64,000 bases of DNA, from positions 768,001 through 832,000 of the forward strand of contig CAVVMW010000004.1 in the NCBI GenBank assembly GCA_963749495.1, read 5' to 3'. The position numbers and the translations under genes were made by a program. How positions within the stretch are numbered: position 1 is the first letter of the stretch; each line of letters starts with the position of its first letter. This DNA is from an uncultured bacterium (GTDB lineage Bacteria > Verrucomicrobiota > Verrucomicrobiia > Limisphaerales > UBA8199). Below the pieces are notes generated by a model, which saw only the letters and a list, made by a program, of their open reading frames with translations, made no database searches and was not told the DNA's origin. Below, piece after piece: positions 21,380-32,030 of the stretch.

Positions 21380-21958
21380 ATGGGGCCAGACGAACTTTTT
21401 GAAATCCTGATTCAGAGCGATGGGCCGGTGAACATCGAAGCCTTAGTCGAGGCGAGCATCCACCTGCCGCGCCGTGGCAGCCTCTGGGTTGCCGCCTTCC
21501 GAGAGGAGACTGGACGCCAGGCTTGGCGGAGCACCGGACTGCGCGACCGGCAATCGGCGCTGGCCCTGGCCCAGGAGTGTGAGGCCGAGGCCAAGCGCAA
21601 GCGGGAGTCTCAACCTGCCGAGCCGCCCAAGCCAACAATACGTGTCGGGCCTGGCAGCGCCGAACGGGAGCTGGGTCTTCTCAGTCAGAAGGAGGTCGCT
21701 GCAATTATGCGCATTTCTGAACGGGCAGTCCGTGAAATCGAGCGGCAGCCCTTCAACAAACTTCGGCGTCACCCTGCTTTGAGGGACTTCTGGCGCGAAT
21801 GGACGGCAGGCGACATCAAAGAGGCGGACTCGGACGGTCCAGCAAACTGGGCGTTGAGCCGGGCCGAAATCGCCGCCCTTTACGCTTTGGCCTGGACGCC
21901 AGCGGAGCGCCATGTATTGAGGAAGCTGTTCGCTTTGACGCAGGCCACTGGGCCATAA
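21380..21958 (+). CDS. Hypothetical DNA-binding protein: integrase-arm-like motif + sigma70-region-4-like HTH
   Basis: RRGSLWVAAFREETGRQAWRSTGLRDRQSALALA; LSQKEVAAIMRISERAVREIERQPFNKLR. Confidence 0.55.
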   Translation: MGPDELFEILIQSDGPVNIEALVEASIHLPRRGSLWVAAFREETGRQAWRSTGLRDRQSALALAQECEAEAKRKRESQPAEPPKPTIRVGPGSAERELGLLSQKEVAAIMRISERAVREIERQPFNKLRRHPALRDFWREWTAGDIKEADSDGPANWALSRAEIAALYALAWTPAERHVLRKLFALTQATGP

Positions 21959-22136
21959 AACTCGACTGGCGGGCCGGATTAAGCGCGTTCTAACACCCCG
22001 GACAAGCGGACGGCGCAATCTGCACCAATTCCGGTTCGCTCCTGGTTTGTGTCAGGCTTGCGGCTTGTTGAGCACCGCGAAGCCCCGCGCAGGAGAGTGC
22101 GCAGAGCCAGCGCCCGAGTGGGCGCTGGCTATTTCG

Positions 22137-22433
22137 CTAGCCTGGAGCAGGTTGTTCATCAGCAGCACATTGACCATCGAAGTCTCGTCCACAACCAGCA
22201 TGTCGCGCCTCGTTGCGCGTGAACGGGCCTGAAGCCGGGTTGACCTCCGGGAGCCGGTGGATGGTCTTGGTCTCGACCCCGGTCGTCTCCGACCGGCGCT
22301 TGGCGGCGCGGCCCGTGGGGGCGCAGACCAGGCACCGACCTTTCTTGGCCCGGAGGATGAGCGGGATGGCCTTGAGCAGGGTGGCTGCCAGTGCGGCAGC
22401 CTGCCGGGCCAGACCTTGCCGGTCGAGATTCAC
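22137..22433 (-). pseudogene. Chimeric remnant: DUF72 start fused to a RecD2-like helicase fragment
   Basis: MNLDRQGLARQAAALAA (copy of the start at 20136) + CAPTGRAAKR.SETTGVETKTIHRL. Confidence 0.75.
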
Positions 22434-22612
22434 GCCCCAATCTTAGCCTGTGGCCCTGAGATGGCCAGCGAACAGCGACTCAGAAATGCGCATCTTCAGG
22501 TCCCGGCGCCAATTCCTTCACCAGCGCCTGGAAGGGCGCGTATTTCATCGCGCTGGGTGATTGATTTGGACCTTGGTCTGCCGCCAACGCTCGCGTAAAG
22601 TCCGCCTGGACC

Positions 22613-22978
22613 ATGAAAACAAAATCAACCCGCCATGTCACTATCCAGCCCCGCATTCGAGTGTGGGTTGGTGACGATGTAGCCGTAGGGCCTGGAAAAG
22701 CTGAACTGCTCAAATTGGTCCAGATGACCGGCTCGATTACAGCGGCAGCCAAGCACATGGGCATGTCATACATGCGGGCTTGGACACTGATCCAGACGAT
22801 GAACCGATGCTTCAAACAACCGCTCCTGCTGGCGACACGCGGCGGGCAAAGGGGCGGCGGCACCGAATTGACTGAAACCGGCCTCAAGGTGCTGGAATGT
22901 TACCAGGAAATGGAGAAGGCCGGTTTGAACGCGATGGCGCGGCACTGGCGGCGGCTTCGGAACCTGGTGGGCAACTGA
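22613..22978 (+). CDS. modE: ModE-family winged-helix regulator (short form, no TOBE domain)
   Basis: VGPGKAELL..V..TGSITAAAK.MGMSY.RAW.L...MN..F..PL....GG..GGG..LT..G. Confidence 0.85.
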   Translation: MKTKSTRHVTIQPRIRVWVGDDVAVGPGKAELLKLVQMTGSITAAAKHMGMSYMRAWTLIQTMNRCFKQPLLLATRGGQRGGGTELTETGLKVLECYQEMEKAGLNAMARHWRRLRNLVGN

Positions 22979-23042
22979 CATGAATGCGAGCGCCCTCGCG
23001 CTCGGCCAACTCGGCCCGCAAAGCGTCGCAGGCGTTCGTGAA

Positions 23043-23066
23043 CGTTATACTTGACAGAATATATCG
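23043..23066 (+). promoter_or_regulatory. Putative ModE box enclosing a TTGACA -35 element
   Basis: CGTTATA-cTTGACAgaa-TATATCG fits the CGnTATA-N10-TATAnCG spacing of ModE operators; 65 bp after modE. Confidence 0.65.
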
Positions 23067-23128
23067 AGTGGAGTATCGAGATCGCCAGTCATGGTCCACG
23101 CAAAGCGACAAACGAATCAAATCCCGTT

Positions 23129-24095
23129 ATGAATGTGATAAGGTCATCCTCCCATTTTAGCGCATTAAGCATGGCCGCAATTCCCGAGATTCTCGCAGAC
23201 AGTATCGCTTCCAGGCCGGGTGTGTTGACGGCGTTGCTGCTGTTGACCCCAGGGGCACCCGGTTGGGCTGAGGACACCAAGGCGACCGGCCAAGCCAGCC
23301 CATCTCCAGCCTGCCCTGTGGTGGGTTATTTCAGCGATTGGTTTGTGCGTGTGTCGAAGATTCAGGCGGAGCAGCCGCATTGGGTCGCGCCGCTGGTGAC
23401 GGTGACGCCTCGGCTGGAGGAGGAGCTTCGCTACGACCAGATGTGGGAGAATCTGCCTGGCGGGCATCGGTTGACCAGCTACGGCGGCGGGGGCGGCAAG
23501 GGGTTGGAGCTTATACCTGCCCAGAACGTGGAAATCATCGCTGGGGTTCCCTCCTGGCAGACGCAGGCCACTTCGCCGCGCAAGGACGGATGGACCGATG
23601 AGAGTTTCCTGCTCAAATACCGGCTGCTCTCTGCCAACGAGCAGGCGGGCAATTACATCGTGACGGCCTTCATGGGTTTAACCGTGCCGAACGGAAGCGA
23701 CAACACCACGTCGCATCACTTCGCCTACAGCCCAGCAATTGCATTTGGCAAGGGTTGGGGGGATTTTGATTTTCAAAGCACCCTGGGCGGGCACATCCAT
23801 ACCCGACAATGGGGCTGTGCGGACTGGAACCGGGACACCCCTTTTGTTCAACACGGCGGTCCAGTATCACGTAATGAAATATCTCTGGCCGGAAGTGGAG
23901 GCCAACTACACTTACTGGCCGAATGGCAAACATGACGGCCTAAACCAGCTTTTCATCACCCCCGGTCTGCTCATTGGCCGGATACCGCTGTTCTGGCGCT
24001 TGGGATTGACCATTGGCGTAGGCTGCCAGATCGCCGTGACGGACACCCCGCTCTACCATCAGAATTTTATTGTCACAGCGAGACTTCCATTTTGA
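23129..24095 (+). CDS. Putative outer-membrane beta-barrel/transporter (Phenol_MetA_deg-like); apparent frameshift at ~23790; start uncertain
   Basis: QPHWVAPLVTVTPRLEEELRYD, KYRLLSANEQ.GNY, GKGWGDFD, WPEVE.NY; ends VTARLPF (terminal Phe). Confidence 0.7.
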
Positions 24096-24102
24096 TCACA
24101 TG

Positions 24103-24612
24103 TCATGGGTGGCTTTTCAAGTGCTTCTGCTGACCGACCCGATACGCCTGCTCGATGAAGCCGCACAATTGCTCATCCAAATCCTCTGGCTTCTCAATTC
24201 TGAAGTGATGGACATGGTTGCTCCGCGATTTGGACAACGGTTCGTGACTGCCATACGTGTCCACCCGACGAAGCGTTTCGTCGAGCAGCTTCGCTTCTTG
24301 GGGCGTCGGCTGGCTCACGCCTGCCGCTTTGCGCAGCGCCGGGCGGGCCAGTGCATACGGGACGGTCATGTGGCACGAAACACACGAGGTATTTCCCTGG
24401 CCGGTTCGGAGCTTTCTTGCTTTCTCGAACCACAAATCCATCCGGTCATCCAGGTATTTTGCCGCCGCCTGCTGGTTCCAATCAGTTGGTTTATTCCGCA
24501 CAGTTGACGCCTGCGTTATCGGTTGGGACGGCACCGAATCGGCAGAGGCCGCGAGGGCCGACACGCAAACAGCAAAAAACGGCAGGGCGAGCATCGAGCC
24601 GCAGAGTTTCAT
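24103..24612 (-). pseudogene. Chimeric remnant: N-terminus of a secreted squalene-hopene-cyclase-like protein fused to a DUF5655-like C-terminus
   Basis: WNQQAAAKYLD.R..W..., CVSCHMTVPYALARPAL then HHFRIEKPEDLDEQLCGFIEQAY.VG. Confidence 0.55.
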
Positions 24613-24774
24613 GGTTTACCCTGTAGCCCCCGCGAGGCTGCCGGTCAAGGCGCTTCTCTTGAATGGAGCGGTGCCCCCCTGGACGACACATTCCGTGCCA
24701 TTGTTGCTGGAACCAGAGAATATATGTGATTAAAACTGCACAGTATTTGATTAAAAAATGTTAATAATTGTGCC

Positions 24775-25029
24775 ATGAGTAAGAATTGTCCATCCGAAGT
24801 TGCCGCGAACCGAAACGAAATCTCCCGCCTGGCTTTCCAGCTCTGGGAAAAAGCAGGCTGCCCGGAGGAGCGGGATTTGGAGTTCTGGCTGGCAGCGGAA
24901 ACGCAGCTTCTTGCATCCCAGAGGCCCGAGGCTGTAAAGGTGGAGACCGTGGCGGCCAAGCTGTCCTCTGCAAAAAGAGTGCCACTGGCCCAATCCAACA
25001 CCGCACGACAACCGGCGCGGCGCATTTGA
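24775..25029 (+). CDS. DUF2934-domain protein
   Basis: EISRLAFQLWEKAGCPEERDLEFWLAAETQL. Confidence 0.85.
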   Translation: MSKNCPSEVAANRNEISRLAFQLWEKAGCPEERDLEFWLAAETQLLASQRPEAVKVETVAAKLSSAKRVPLAQSNTARQPARRI

Positions 25030-25033
25030 TCTG

Positions 25034-25228
25034 ATGAACGCGTTAATTGCCGACCCAGCCGAACTGGAACTCATGCCTGATGCGGCGAAGGCGTCCGAGG
25101 CCGTGATGGCGGAACTGAACTCGGCTTCCATCTTGCAAGCGATGCAGTTCCGTGAGTCAACCCTCACGCCCGTCATCGAGAGACTTTTTGACTTCCGGCC
25201 CACCTCTCATTGGGGAATCAACGAGTGA
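25034..25228 (+). CDS. Small hypothetical protein
   Basis: 64-aa ORF starting 4 nt after the DUF2934 gene. Confidence 0.5.
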   Translation: MNALIADPAELELMPDAAKASEAVMAELNSASILQAMQFRESTLTPVIERLFDFRPTSHWGINE

Positions 25229-25259
25229 GCGGTCCAGATTGGCGGAATCGCCGTGCTTA

Positions 25260-25419
25260 GGCGGTGGAAATAAATAAAGGTAGCAACCTGCCTTGTTCTT
25301 TTGCCGCCCAGCTTCGTTTTTCACTCGTTGCAGATCGCTGCGGATATGCGCCTCGTTCACGCCTCGCTGGGCGCCAAAATCCCGGCGGCATCTTGCCACC
25401 TTTATTTATTTCCACCGCC
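25260..25419. mobile_element. 160-bp MITE-like element with ~33-bp TIRs and TTA target duplication
   Basis: tta|GGCGGTGGAAATAAATAAAGGTAGCAACCTGCC ... GGCATCTTGCCACCTTTATTTATTTCCACCGCC|tta (3 mismatches). Confidence 0.75.
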
Positions 25420-25603
25420 TTATCGCCTCCGGCAGCGTGTGCTGGCCGCGTGGGCGAGGGGTGGCAGGTCGTCGCCGCCGATGTCCTGGGAGCCGGCCGG
25501 GGGGACCTCGCCGGGCAACGGCCCGACCAGGTGCCCCCGCCCCAGCGTTGTTAGGCGAATGGTTTTCAATCAGCGGTTCCAGCGGGCATCTTCTGCCGTA
25601 GCC

Positions 25604-27088
25604 ATGAAACATCGGTGCTTCTTTCCAACTGCCGCATTCGTCCTGTGCTTGCATTTGTGGGGAATGACCTTCGGCAGGGCCGCTGCGGCGGGAGCAGCCG
25701 TAGCCAACCCGCCGGTCATGGACATCGGTTCGCGGCTGGAACTGTTCGTGGATGACCTGCTGGTTGACCGGCTCAAAGGGGCGACCCTGAAACTGCACGA
25801 ACCACAGCCCGCAGGGGTGGTCCTGCGCTTTGACGCCCCCTGGGAGGGAGCCTTTTGCGGCTATGTCACGGTGCTCCGGGATACGAAGCGGTTCCTGATG
25901 TACTATCGCGGGCTGCCGGTAGCTGGGGCGGATGGCTCGACCAACGAAGTCACCTGTTATGCCGAGAGCGCCGATGGCCTGGCCTGGACCAAGCCCAAGC
26001 TCGGCTTGTTTGAAGCAGGCGGGAGCATGGACAACAACGTCGTGCTGGCTGGCCAGCCGCCCTTCTCCCACAACTTTGCTCCGTTTCTCGACGCCCGGCC
26101 CGGCGTGCCATCCGAAGAACGATTCAAGGCGCTGGCCGGGACCTCGACTTCCGGCCTGCACGTGTTCGCTTCCGGGGATGGCCTGCGCTGGCGGCACTGG
26201 CGCGAGGGGCCGATCCTTACTGAAGGTGCCTTTGATTCGCAAAACGTCGCCTTCTGGTCGGAGGCGGAACACTGCTACGCCGCGTATTTCCGCACCTGGA
26301 CTGGCGGGGGCTTCGCAGGCTATCGCACCATCAGCCGGGCGACCTCGACCAACTTGGTCCACTGGTCCGCCCCGGTGGAGATGAGTTTTGGCGACACCCC
26401 GCGCGAGCATCTCTACACCAGCCAGACCCACCCCTATTTTCGCGCCCCGCACATTTACCTGGCCACGCCCATGCGCTTTGTGCCGGGCCGAAAAGTGCTC
26501 AGCAGCGAGCAGGCACGGGCGCTGGGCGTGGAACCCGGCTATGCGAGCGATGCCGCCGACGCCGTGCTCATGGCCACACGCGGGGGCAACCACTACACCC
26601 GGCTGTTTATGGAGGCGCTCATCCGTCCGGGCAACGACTTGGGCAATTGGGCCTCGCGGGCGGGGTTGACCGCCCTGGGAATCGTGCCCACGGGACCAGC
26701 AGAAATCTCCTTATATAAACAGGCCCACTACGCTCAGGCTTCGGCTCACTTGGTTCGCTACACTCTCCGCGCGGATGGCTTCATATCGGTGAATGCCCCT
26801 TACGTGGGAGGCGAATTGGTCACCAAACCGCTGGTCTTCCAAGGCCGTCAACTCGCCATCAACTTCGCAACGAGCGCGGCGGGGGGCCTGCGGGTGGAGC
26901 TGCAAGATACTGAAGGCAAACCGCTGCCCGGCTTTGGGCTGGAGGATGCCGTTGAGCAGATCGGCGACGACATCGAACGCATCGTAGCCTGGAAAACCGG
27001 CTCCAATGTCAGCCAGTTGAGCGGGAAACCAGTGTGCCTGCGCTTCGTGATGAAAGATGCAGACCTTTTCTCGCTGCAATTTCGCTGA
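25604..27088 (+). CDS. Secreted five-bladed beta-propeller glycoside-hydrolase-like protein
   Basis: IGSRLELFVDD, MYYRG, CYAESADG..W.KP.LG, FDSQN.AFW, RYTLR.DGF, G.LVTKP, ADLFS.QF. Confidence 0.75.
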   Translation: MKHRCFFPTAAFVLCLHLWGMTFGRAAAAGAAVANPPVMDIGSRLELFVDDLLVDRLKGATLKLHEPQPAGVVLRFDAPWEGAFCGYVTVLRDTKRFLMYYRGLPVAGADGSTNEVTCYAESADGLAWTKPKLGLFEAGGSMDNNVVLAGQPPFSHNFAPFLDARPGVPSEERFKALAGTSTSGLHVFASGDGLRWRHWREGPILTEGAFDSQNVAFWSEAEHCYAAYFRTWTGGGFAGYRTISRATSTNLVHWSAPVEMSFGDTPREHLYTSQTHPYFRAPHIYLATPMRFVPGRKVLSSEQARALGVEPGYASDAADAVLMATRGGNHYTRLFMEALIRPGNDLGNWASRAGLTALGIVPTGPAEISLYKQAHYAQASAHLVRYTLRADGFISVNAPYVGGELVTKPLVFQGRQLAINFATSAAGGLRVELQDTEGKPLPGFGLEDAVEQIGDDIERIVAWKTGSNVSQLSGKPVCLRFVMKDADLFSLQFR

Positions 27089-27174
27089 GGGCCGAGTCGA
27101 GCGCCGGCTCCAACAGGGACTCGGGTTCACTGGCAAGCGCGCCACGGGCGTTTTTACGCGCAACGAGGGCTGTC

Positions 27175-27335
27175 GCCGCCACGCTGGCCGAGACGGTCAA
27201 GGCCCGCATCCCACCAAGTTCCGATTCGACCCTATCCGCGACATCCCGGTGCTGTGCCCCATGAACCGGGGGTTGCCGGGCATCCGCGAACTGAGCGTGC
27301 GGCTCCAGAACGAACTCAACCCGGTCCGCGCCAAC
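27175..27335 (+). pseudogene. Internal fragment of a RecD2-like helicase
   Basis: ETVKARIPPKFRFDPIRDIPVLCPMNRG..G..EL...LQNELNP. Confidence 0.65.
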
Positions 27336-27428
27336 CGGGCCAGTTGCCGGCGGACACCGTGGCGGCAACGCACAGTTGCAGCGTGAGCAGGGTGAACTTT
27401 CTCATGCCAACCAATGACCAATATGGCG

Positions 27429-29321
27429 TCACGGCGACCCCACCAGGCGATACAGCCGGGGAGCCTGCCGAAAGGCGGTGACATCGAAGTAAAGTTGCGT
27501 CGTGTTCGTCAGCGTCACGGTGTCCAGCATCACCCAGGCGTTGGTCGGGCCGAACTCGTTAATGTAATCAATCTGCACAGAACTGCCAATCGCCCCGGTC
27601 AGCGGAATCTCCGTGGCCAGCCTCATGTCCAGCGCGGGCTGCGGCGCGCTGGTCTGCCACGAGCGGTAAAACCGTTGCGCGGGCAGCGGCTGGGAAAGGT
27701 CAAAGCACAATGGCGGTGCCGCGTTCAGGGCCACGTTCGTCAAGGAGAACCACTGCGGGGCGACCAGACTGTCGGCATACTCCAGGTGCGGAACACTGCC
27801 GGTGCCGCCCGGCAAATGGACGGCGGGGACGACTCGCCTGTTTACCGGAGGGATGACGCTCAGCAGCGCCGGGTCGCTGGTCACAGCCCCTACCCAGTTC
27901 CTGACGACCACCGTGTAAGCCCCGGCCTGGACGGGCTGGACGTTGGTCACGTCAATGTAAGCGTTGGTGGCGCTGGCGAGCGCGTTGTTGCCGTTAAAGC
28001 ACCATTGGTAAGTTGTTCCCGGCAGAGCGTTCGTGGCCTCCACCGAGAAGACGGCAAGTGACCCGAGTTCAGCGGTCTGGGTCTGGGGCGGCGTTGTTAT
28101 GGATGGCGGCATGGGCAGGCCCGCCAAACTAAAGACCAGGCCTTCACGCGAACTCCCGCCCTGGGACGCCGTCCCATAGAGCGTGCTGCCCGACAACACC
28201 AGGCCCCCCCCACGGACACGCCCCATCGTCGCCGGTGAAGCTCTTGAGCACCGCGTAGCCCGACCCGTCCGTGTTCACCTGGAAGACCACGCCATCACCC
28301 GAGCTGCTGCCGTTTGCCGTCGTCCCATAGAGCGTGCTGCCCGCCAAGACCAGGCCAGCAGCGGGATTACAGCCATCGCTGCCGGTAAAGCTCTTGAGCA
28401 CCGCGTAGCCTGACCCGTCCGTGTTCACCTTGAAGACCACGCCATCACCCGAAGGGCCTCCAACATACGAACTGCCGCCATAAAAGGTCGTCCCATAAAG
28501 CGTTCCGTCCGCCAAGACCACGCCCGCCCACGGACTCTGGGCATCGCTGCCGGCGAAGCTCTTGAGCACCGTGTAGCCCGACCCGTCCGTGTTCACCTTG
28601 AAGACCACGCCACCATTCGAACTGCCGCCCATAATCGTCGTCCCATAGAGCGTGCTGCCCGCCAAGACCAGGCCCGCACAGGGATACTGGCCATCGTTGC
28701 CGGTGCCGGTAAAGCTCTTGAGCACCGCGTAGCCCGTCCCATCCGTGTTCACCTTGAAGACGACGCCACCATGCGAGGCGCCGCCCTGCTCCGTCGTCCC
28801 ATAGAGCGTGCTGCCCGCCAAGACCAAGCCCGCATACGGGAACCCGCCATCGCTGCTGCCGTTGAAGCTCTTGAGCACCGCGTAGCCCGAGCCGTCCGTG
28901 TTCACCTTGAAGACCACCCCTAACCCGAACTGCCCCCATCAGCCGTCGTCCCATAGAGTGTGCTGCCCGCCAGGACCAGGCCCGCCCACGGATTCTGGCC
29001 ATCGCTGCCGGCGAAGCTCTTGAGCACCGCGTAACCCGTCCCGTCCGTGTTCACCTTGAAGACGACGCCACCATCCGAGGCGCCGCCCTGCTCCGTCGTC
29101 CCATAGAGCGTGCTGCCCGCCAAGACCAGGCCCGCCCACGGAGCGTCCCCATCGCTGCCGGTGAAGCTCTTGAGCACCGTATAGGTTTGGGCGAACGCAA
29201 CGTTGCACAGCGTCAGAGCCAACACCATCCCCAGCCGGAGTATCTGCGGCCTGCGGCCAACCCTTTCCCGGTCCTTCTTTTCACTTCCCAAAAACGTTCT
29301 GAGTTCACTCCTTGAGTTCAT
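27429..29321 (-). CDS. Gloeo_Verruco (GloVer, TIGR03803-type) tandem-repeat protein + Ig-like domain + two RFYR-type C-terminal domains; apparent frameshifts at ~28920 and ~28210
   Basis: About seven repeats of Y.VLKSF.GSDG..P.AGLVLAGSTLYGTT..GG....G.VFKVNTDG; PSITTPPQ..YQW..AGAYTVVV. Confidence 0.85.
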
Positions 29322-29738
29322 AATCTGGTTAATCCTTGATAACTGTTCTGCCAGGGACGCGTTCCAACGCGTCCTTGAGTTTTCTCTGAGGAAGCGGGGC
29401 GCGGTGGAGCATGGCCGGATAGTACGCTCCTCGGCCTTGGCGTGCTTCCAGGGACTCGTTCCGCGATAGGCTCATGCACCGTATTAGTTACAGGCAAAAT
29501 GCGGATGCGGCGTCACTACACATCACGCAAAAACGCCCTCGGTCGGCCATGATGCCAATCAGCAGCGCCCAGGTTAACTCAAAACTGGGCAGCATCCGCC
29601 GAGCCGCCGGGCTTTCAGCCAGAACCGTGAGGCTCTCGATGCCGTCTCAAGTACGCGGTTCCACTGGGGCTGGAGAGCGACGGGTCGTCTGTCCCGAACC
29701 GACTTGCTCCATCCCCGTAACACGCGCACAATCGCCCG

Positions 29739-29876
29739 GTGTGCAAACGCGAAATAGACCATTTGAAAACCGACCCGGTCATGGCCGGGCTGATTGACCG
29801 CGTTGGCCCGGTCAAACTGCGCCCCCGCCATCTCCCGCCGTTCCAGTCGCTCACCCATCCCATCATCCATCAGATT
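29739..29876 (+). pseudogene. 5' remnant of an AlkA glycosylase (diverged duplicate of 33889-34509)
   Basis: DHLKTDPVMAGLIDRVGPVKLRPRHLPPFQSLTHPIIHQ vs DHLRADPVMAKLIDRVGPAKLQPRRLPPFESLVHAIIHQ. Confidence 0.8.
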
Positions 29877-29877
29877 T

Positions 29878-30519
29878 ATGAGTTCCCTGGAAAAGCAAAC
29901 GCAACCGCGCTGGCTGAATTGGACGATGAGGTTGCAGGCCATCGCGCAAAATGGCCTCACCTACGCTGCCAACGCCTACGACACTGAACGGTACAACGCC
30001 GTCCGGCAGATCGCAGCCGAGATGCTCGCCGCCGGTTCAAGCGCCGAGGTCTCGGTTGTTTGCGGCCTGCTGTCGCACGAGACGGGGTACGCGACTCCCA
30101 AAGTGGACGTGCGAGGCGTTGTCTTCCGCGACGAAAAGTTACTCCTGGTGCGCGAGCATGAGGAGGGCCGCTGGTCCCTGCCTGGCGGATGGGCCGATGT
30201 GGGAGAGTCGCCTGCCGGATGCGTCGTGCGCGAAGTCCGTGAGGAGAGCGGCTTCGAGACCCGTGCTGTCAAGCTGCTGGCGGTGTTTGACCGCGGCAAG
30301 CACCCTCACCAGCCACCGTTTGCGTCCCACGTGTACAAGCTTTTTTTCCTGTGCCACATCCTGGGTGGCGAGGCCAAAGCGAGTCCAGAGACCGACGCGG
30401 TGGGCTTTTTTGGCGAGGCGGAGATTCCTGAGCTTTCAAGAACTCGGGTTACACCCTGGCAAATCCAGCGATGCTTCGAGCACTTTCGGAATCCGAATCT
30501 GCCTGCTGATTTCGATTGA
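29878..30519 (+). CDS. NUDIX hydrolase with Nudix_N domain (YjhB-like)
   Basis: LQAIAQNGLTY, GYATPKVDVRG, Nudix box PGGWADVGESPAGCVVREVREESG. Confidence 0.92.
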   Translation: MSSLEKQTQPRWLNWTMRLQAIAQNGLTYAANAYDTERYNAVRQIAAEMLAAGSSAEVSVVCGLLSHETGYATPKVDVRGVVFRDEKLLLVREHEEGRWSLPGGWADVGESPAGCVVREVREESGFETRAVKLLAVFDRGKHPHQPPFASHVYKLFFLCHILGGEAKASPETDAVGFFGEAEIPELSRTRVTPWQIQRCFEHFRNPNLPADFD

Positions 30520-30644
30520 TCCTCACGGGACGTGCGGGCGAGGTCTATCGCGACATTGGGTCCCTGGCTTTACAGGGGGTCCGCGGTTGTTGAACCAATC
30601 TCGAAGGCGCCTTGGCAGCCTTGGAAAAAGTGGCAAATTTAATG

Positions 30645-30760
30645 TTGACAGCGAAGCATATACTGAGATAAAGTCAAATCACTGGCTGGCGCCAGCGCCT
30701 GCCAGCAAAGTGGTTGCATCAAACCACCCTGCCGCCGGGGTTCCCGGCGGCACTTTTTAT
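30645..30760 (+). ncRNA. Candidate small structured RNA (~30681-30760) with upstream promoter
   Basis: TTGACA(30645)-18 nt-TAAAGT; hairpins CTGGCtGGCG/CGCCtGCCAG, GTGGTT/AACCAC and TGCCGCCGGG/CCCGGCGGCA + T-tract. Confidence 0.45.
30730..30760 (+). terminator. Intrinsic terminator
   Basis: 10-bp perfect stem, GTT loop, then CTTTTTAT. Confidence 0.7.
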
Positions 30761-31026
30761 GTCCCTGTTTCGCCGTAAGACGAAGTTGTCCCGGCCCGAG
30801 CACCACTGCTTTGGCCAGCGCCATGATGGTGGGGTTTGTAAACGAACTGCTGGCGTGAGGCGAGCCGGAACCAGTTTGTCATCGCAGAAACCCCTGTCGT
30901 GGTTACAATCGGAGGCATGGGCAACGACCTGATTTTTTGCCAGCTCAGCCGAAGCAAGGTCGAGCGGGCGGACTTCCGCCGTTTCTTCGACCTTTGCGGG
31001 CCAGAACCAACCACCGAAAGCGTTTG

Positions 31027-31977
31027 ATGATGACGATTCCTGAAATCCTGAAAGAACTGGAGCCGTACACCGGGCGATTCCCGATGGAGGCCATGGAGGC
31101 TGCCATTGCGCAGGGCGAGGCCATCACGCCGGAGTTGCTGCGCGTGGTGGAGGCCGTGGCAGAGAACCCCACAGGGTTCGCCTCACGGCAGGATTACATG
31201 CTGCACGTGTTCGCGCTGTTCCTGCTGGCCCAGTTCCGCGAGAAACGCGCCTACCCCGCCATCGTCAAGATGTTCAGTGCGCCCGGTGAGACCCCGTTCG
31301 ACCTGGCGGGCGACACCGTGACCGAAGGGCTGAGCCAGATTTTCGCCTCGGTGTACGACGGCAACCCCGCTCCGTTGCACGGTCTTGTCGAGAGCGAAGA
31401 GGTCAATGAGTTCGTGCGCAATGCCGCGCTCAACGCCTTCTTGGTGCTGGAGCACACGGGCCTGATGCCCCGCGCCGAGGTGGTTGAGTATCTCCGCAGC
31501 CTTTTCCACGGAAGACTCAAGCGTGAGCATTCGTATGCCTGGGACAGCTTGGTCTGCGCGGTGGCCGACCTGCCTGCGCCGGAGTTGCTGGAAGACGTGC
31601 GGCAGGCGTACGCCGACGGCCTGATTGATGCTGCGGTTGCCGGCCTTCAGGGCATCGAGCGCGATGTGGCCGCGCCGGAGCCGTGGCGCCTTGAGGGGCG
31701 CACCCTCATCACGGATGCCATCAACGAAATGGAATGGTGGGTGTCGTTTCACCCAGAGGACTCGCAGCCCCCGGAGCCGCCGGAGGTCGAGCCTCCCCCG
31801 CCGCCGCCCCTGCCCCCATCACCTCCGCCTGTTGAGTGCGTGCCCCTGCCCCCGTCACCTCCGCCTGTTGAGTACGTGCCCCCGCAACCGTTCGTCCGGC
31901 AGCCCAAAATTGGCCGCAACGACCCGTGCCCGTGCGGCAGCGGCAAGAAATACAAGAAGTGCTGCGGAAAGGGCTGA
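31027..31977 (+). CDS. DUF1186-domain protein with Pro-rich linker and SEC-C motif
   Basis: [47 protein letters not shown]. Confidence 0.9.
   Translation: MMTIPEILKELEPYTGRFPMEAMEAAIAQGEAITPELLRVVEAVAENPTGFASRQDYMLHVFALFLLAQFREKRAYPAIVKMFSAPGETPFDLAGDTVTEGLSQIFASVYDGNPAPLHGLVESEEVNEFVRNAALNAFLVLEHTGLMPRAEVVEYLRSLFHGRLKREHSYAWDSLVCAVADLPAPELLEDVRQAYADGLIDAAVAGLQGIERDVAAPEPWRLEGRTLITDAINEMEWWVSFHPEDSQPPEPPEVEPPPPPPLPPSPPPVECVPLPPSPPPVEYVPPQPFVRQPKIGRNDPCPCGSGKKYKKCCGKG
31807..31878 (+). repeat. 36-bp in-frame tandem repeat x2
   Basis: [12 protein letters not shown] / [12 protein letters not shown]. Confidence 0.85.
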
Positions 31978-32030
31978 ACGGTGGAGGCGAACACCGACGA
32001 CAAGGTCAGGCGGGCAGCGGCGGCCACGAC

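Noticed and set aside
24729..24746. CRP-like site TGTGA...GCACA upstream of the DUF2934 gene
   Set aside because: Spacing is 8 rather than 6; weak match in AT-rich DNA
28144..29180. Tandem ~170-bp repeats as a CRISPR array or DGR
   Set aside because: In-frame coding GloVer repeats; no spacers, cas genes or reverse transcriptase
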